35,853 nucleotides of DNA, taken from the NCBI RefSeq assembly GCF_001194135.2, contig NC_068990.1:27492480-27528332 (forward strand), read 5' to 3'. The DNA comes from Octopus bimaculoides (Eukaryota). The notes beneath the pieces are model-generated. The model was not told the DNA's origin. It saw only the letters and a list, made by a program, of their open reading frames with translations, and ran no database searches. Below are positions 31,901-35,853 of this stretch, piece by piece (positions within the stretch are counted from its first letter, which is position 1; every line of letters starts with the position of its first letter). A program made the translations under genes and the position numbers.

Positions 31901-33791
31901 CAATGATCTAGACGGAGCTATAATCTTTACTACATAGTCTCTCACAGGAAAATATCTCGAGAGATATTCAAGATCCAACATGTCTTAATGGAAGATAAAG
32001 AAATACAAAAATATCAAACATTAAAAAAAAAAAAGAAAGAAAACAATGTAGTTCAATATGAAACGTTCGATTGGATACCTTGAATTAAAATCCTTTGCAA
32101 AAGAAAAAAAAGAAACGCACTTCGTCCCTGTTGTGACTTTGACAATGTCATTGAACCGACCGAATGCCGAGATCAGTGAACCTCACTTATGTTCCCCACC
32201 ATTGTCATTGTGGAAACCCGCAATCTGCAATTGGCATTGTGCCACCCGCGATGGGGGATTCAAGTCAGGAGAGCTACAAGGTCGAATGATGATGGGGCAC
32301 GCATTATCACACTGTGACCCGTGACACTTTCTGGGCATGAATTTCTTTCTCCTTGTCATATAAGCTATTTACCTAATACCAACACTATAACTTTAGCTAT
32401 TGGGAGATGGTTTCATCTATCACTTGGTTGGAGAACGTTTGATGGTGCCCTGAATTCACTAAAGAGACCCTGCCTTCTCCAGGTTCCAGAACCGCAAGAA
32501 CTTTCTTTCTCTCGGTCATCGATCACACATTACTAATAATTGACTCCAGTATTTCCCCGAACCTTAAACACAAAACACTCGCCCTGTTCAACAGCCTGGC
32601 GATTTCCATGATTTTTCGACAGATATATTTGCGTGTCTCTTCATTTTATATGCCATAGTGGACCTGCTATTTTGATGTCGATTCGAATGAAAAATAAATT
32701 AGGAAGATAAAATTTGGCACATACCACGGAGCATTATATTAACTCAGATTCTATTTCTGGTCTACTAATACACGGCACACTTTGTATATATTTTTCATTC
32801 ATAAGTCGGACTAAACAGAGAATGGCTTGATAAATTCAAATAAAGACTAAGATAAATAAAGGAATATACTTTTCATGGAAACCAAATGTCGTTTGTAACA
32901 AAATTAGAGAAGTTGCGCCAAAAAATGCTAATTAAATTAAGTAAATATAATTTTTTGGCAACTGTTTTTTAATTATACAACTTAAGACTACAAATATTTC
33001 CCCTTTGTATTTTCATAAATATTAGTTATTGATCCTGATTTTTAATTTATATCTGAAATATCAATCTACTAATTATATTTCGGAGGAAAACAAACGATTT
33101 GTGATATGTAACGTCTTTGCAAGAAAACAAAAATTGGCTTGAGTTCGTGGCAGCCTGAAATATTTCAGCTAATTTCGGCATCTCATAGGGAATACATCTG
33201 CACGCTTCTTTTAATCTTGGAGAGGCAATTCAGTCAACATGTCAGTAGATTTGGCTGTTCATTGAGGTAATCTTAAGTGCCATGCACCTGTTTTCAATAA
33301 ACGTATTCGATGTTTGTTTTGCACGGTTGAATATCTCTTGTATGTTCGTTATAAAGCATACAACCCTTTAGAGATTGACAGCAGAGCGCAAACTTCTCAA
33401 GACATAACGTGCCTTGTATCTGTTAAAGTTTACCATATTAACAACAAGTACTTCCTTGTTGTTCCTTTTCAACGAGATGGAATTGTTATGTAAGCCAGCT
33501 GATTTACTAACATGCTTTCTGATAGTGGGTGGTGTTAAAATAATGGGAGATATCAGCATTAAGTTAACAAACTCTACATCTACGCAAGCAACTCAAATAC
33601 TTTTATCACAGACATAAATACTTTTATCACATACATAAATGCAAATCACTATTTTTAATATTTATATTTCTATGTAACAGACTCTTGAGATAAAGGACGG
33701 ATATGTTTAGAACTTGATCAAAGAATCAACGAAACTTCAGACGAGATAAGAAACATTATGTAATTTTCAGTTAGTTCAGAACTATATAGCT

Positions 33792-33913
<122 letters not shown>

Positions 33914-34269
33914 CGGACAGTTCCAAGTGGTTGGTAGAAGCATTTACTCCGCCAGTGAGTGCTACTCCGTGCTGAAGAGAAGAGGTTATCATTGATATTT
34001 CGGAGTGTTGGAAGGTGAATGAATGCCTGATGTATTTTGTTATTTCTGCTGTTAATTTGCTACGTCTTCTATTGTAGATCCTGAATCTGTCAATTCTATT
34101 AATGACCATGCATCATGGGTAGTATGTATCATAGATAATTATAATGTTCTGCAGACCATTCTGTAGTGACGTCTGTTGGTTCTGTAAAATAAGAGATGTG
34201 TTGATCGTGTTACGCTGTTGGGTGGAGATTGTAAAATATATGCGCTGGAAGAATTGTTATACACGTCGT

Positions 34270-34620
34270 AGGCACAGGCGCGGCTGCGTGGTTAGAGGCT
34301 TGCTTCCCAACCACATGGTTTCGGGTTCAGTCCTGTTATTTGGCAACTTGAGAAAGTGTTTTCTACTATAATCTCACGCCGACCAGCACTTTGTACGTGG
34401 TTTTGGTAGACGGAAAGTCAAAAAAAGTCTCTCGTATACACATGTGTGTGTCTGTGCTTGTGTATTGTGTGTGTATGCGTGTGTGTTTGTGTGCTGTGTG
34501 TGTGCGTGTGTGTGCGTGTGTCTTAGTTTCCGACCAACGTTTGACAACCGGTGTTTGTGTGTTTCCGTCCACGTAACTTAGTTGATTAGTGGTTCGGCAA
34601 CAGAATGCTGGAGTCTATGT
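34270..34620 (+). mobile_element. SINE family B copy
   Basis: AGGCACAGGCGCGGCTGCGTGGTTAGAGGCTTGCTTCCCAACCACATGGTTTCGGGTTCAGTCC..., internal (TG)n, then GTGGTTCGGCAA; aligns with 17624-18030. Confidence 0.85.
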
Positions 34621-35279
34621 TCGACCGGGCGCAGAAACAGCCGAGTCGGTGTTTCGATTATTCAACCGCGATACCTGGGATTTCCCGTGCCACCCACCAG
34701 CATAATCGACAAAACGTCCTAACAACAGCACTCAGCTTATTAAGTCAGATATTTTGTGTCTGAGACAGAGATTGTTTGCTGTACTACTCATCTTCTCTCT
34801 CATGTGCCAGATATAATGGCTTTCTTTCTCAGTAGCTTTTGAAACTTTCTTTCAGCTACTCCAAAACTCCAATGTATTGACAGAGCGTTATCTTTTAACG
34901 ATTTCAGTTAACAAATTGTAGAAAGTTATGAACATGGCATTGACGACAATACGAACGAAAAATTAAGCGGTGAATGCTGATTAAAGAACTTTACATTTAA
35001 GGAAAGGTCCTTACAATTTTATTGTTTAATACATTCAGCATCACTCTATTGTATGTAAAAACTTGTCATCACCTCTGTCATAATTTATTAAATGAAATTT
35101 AGTTCAATTTAAGAACAGCAAATAAACATGTCCGTTAACTTGCAGAGCACCATGAATAAATATTTTGGCAAATTCTATATTATGTGGTCTAATTAATATT
35201 GATTGTTTTATTTTTTATTCATACCATCATTAACTCCACGTCTGTATATTCATATATTGACACACTTATATTTACATGC

Positions 35280-35853
35280 ATACGCGTATACATATACATA
35301 CATATATATATTTACGCACACACACACAGACACATACACACACACACACAGAGCCACACACACACACACATACACACACATATATATATATATATATATA
35401 CAATTTACACACACACACACACACGGCAATGCTGGAGCACTGCCTTTAGTCGTAACAGCACATACATAAAAAGTATATGTATATATGTGTGTGCGAATGT
35501 ATGTGTATGAATGTTCATATATACACGTGTATCTGTGTGTGTGTGTGTGTATACATTCATATTTTAGTATGAAACTATATGTGTTTGTGTAGATTTTTGA
35601 ATATATATATATATTTTTATATGTATATATTTATATATATATTTTTGTTGTTATTATTTAAAAAATATATATATATATGAATATGTATGGATATATGGTT
35701 GCTTTGATGCTTGTATGTTTATGTGCACTGATATGTTTATGTATTTTAATATTTTTTATATATATACATATATGTGTGTACGTGTGGATATGTAGGTGTG
35801 TATGTGTATATATATGTGTGTGTATGTGTATGTATGTGTATATATATATATAT
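35280..35853. repeat. (CA)/(TA)/(TG)n low-complexity tract including a short family B SINE end at ~35425-35455
   Basis: Directly visible; GGCAATGCTGGAGCACTGCCTTTAGTCG partly resembles the reverse complement of the family B 3' block (CGACTAAAGG at ~17978). Confidence 0.85.

Overview
Eukaryotic, AT-rich, repeat-dominated genomic DNA with about 2.9 kb of N gaps. The SINE families and dense (AAT)n/(CA)n microsatellites look like an Octopus (coleoid cephalopod) assembly; that attribution is inferred, not database-confirmed. I recognise no intact host gene, RNA gene, CRISPR array or prokaryotic system. Most of the ORF track is an artefact of gaps, microsatellites or SINEs. Recognisable protein remnants all belong to transposable elements: three Tc1/mariner derivatives, a Dong/R4-clade LINE (RT, CCHC, RLE), a Tx1/L1-type LINE 3' end and an RTE-type 3' end. 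There are also a probable Helitron, a palindromic MITE and at least four tRNA-headed SINE families. The most interesting structure is a tRNA-headed SINE whose tail carries a Penelope-type minimal hammerhead-ribozyme motif, present twice in inverted orientation (7604-8045). Other leads are a SINE tail matching the Tx1 LINE 3' end, an (AAT)n-embedded non-coding element next to the Dong LINE, and low-confidence spliced exon candidates on the minus strand (best: 2532-4167).
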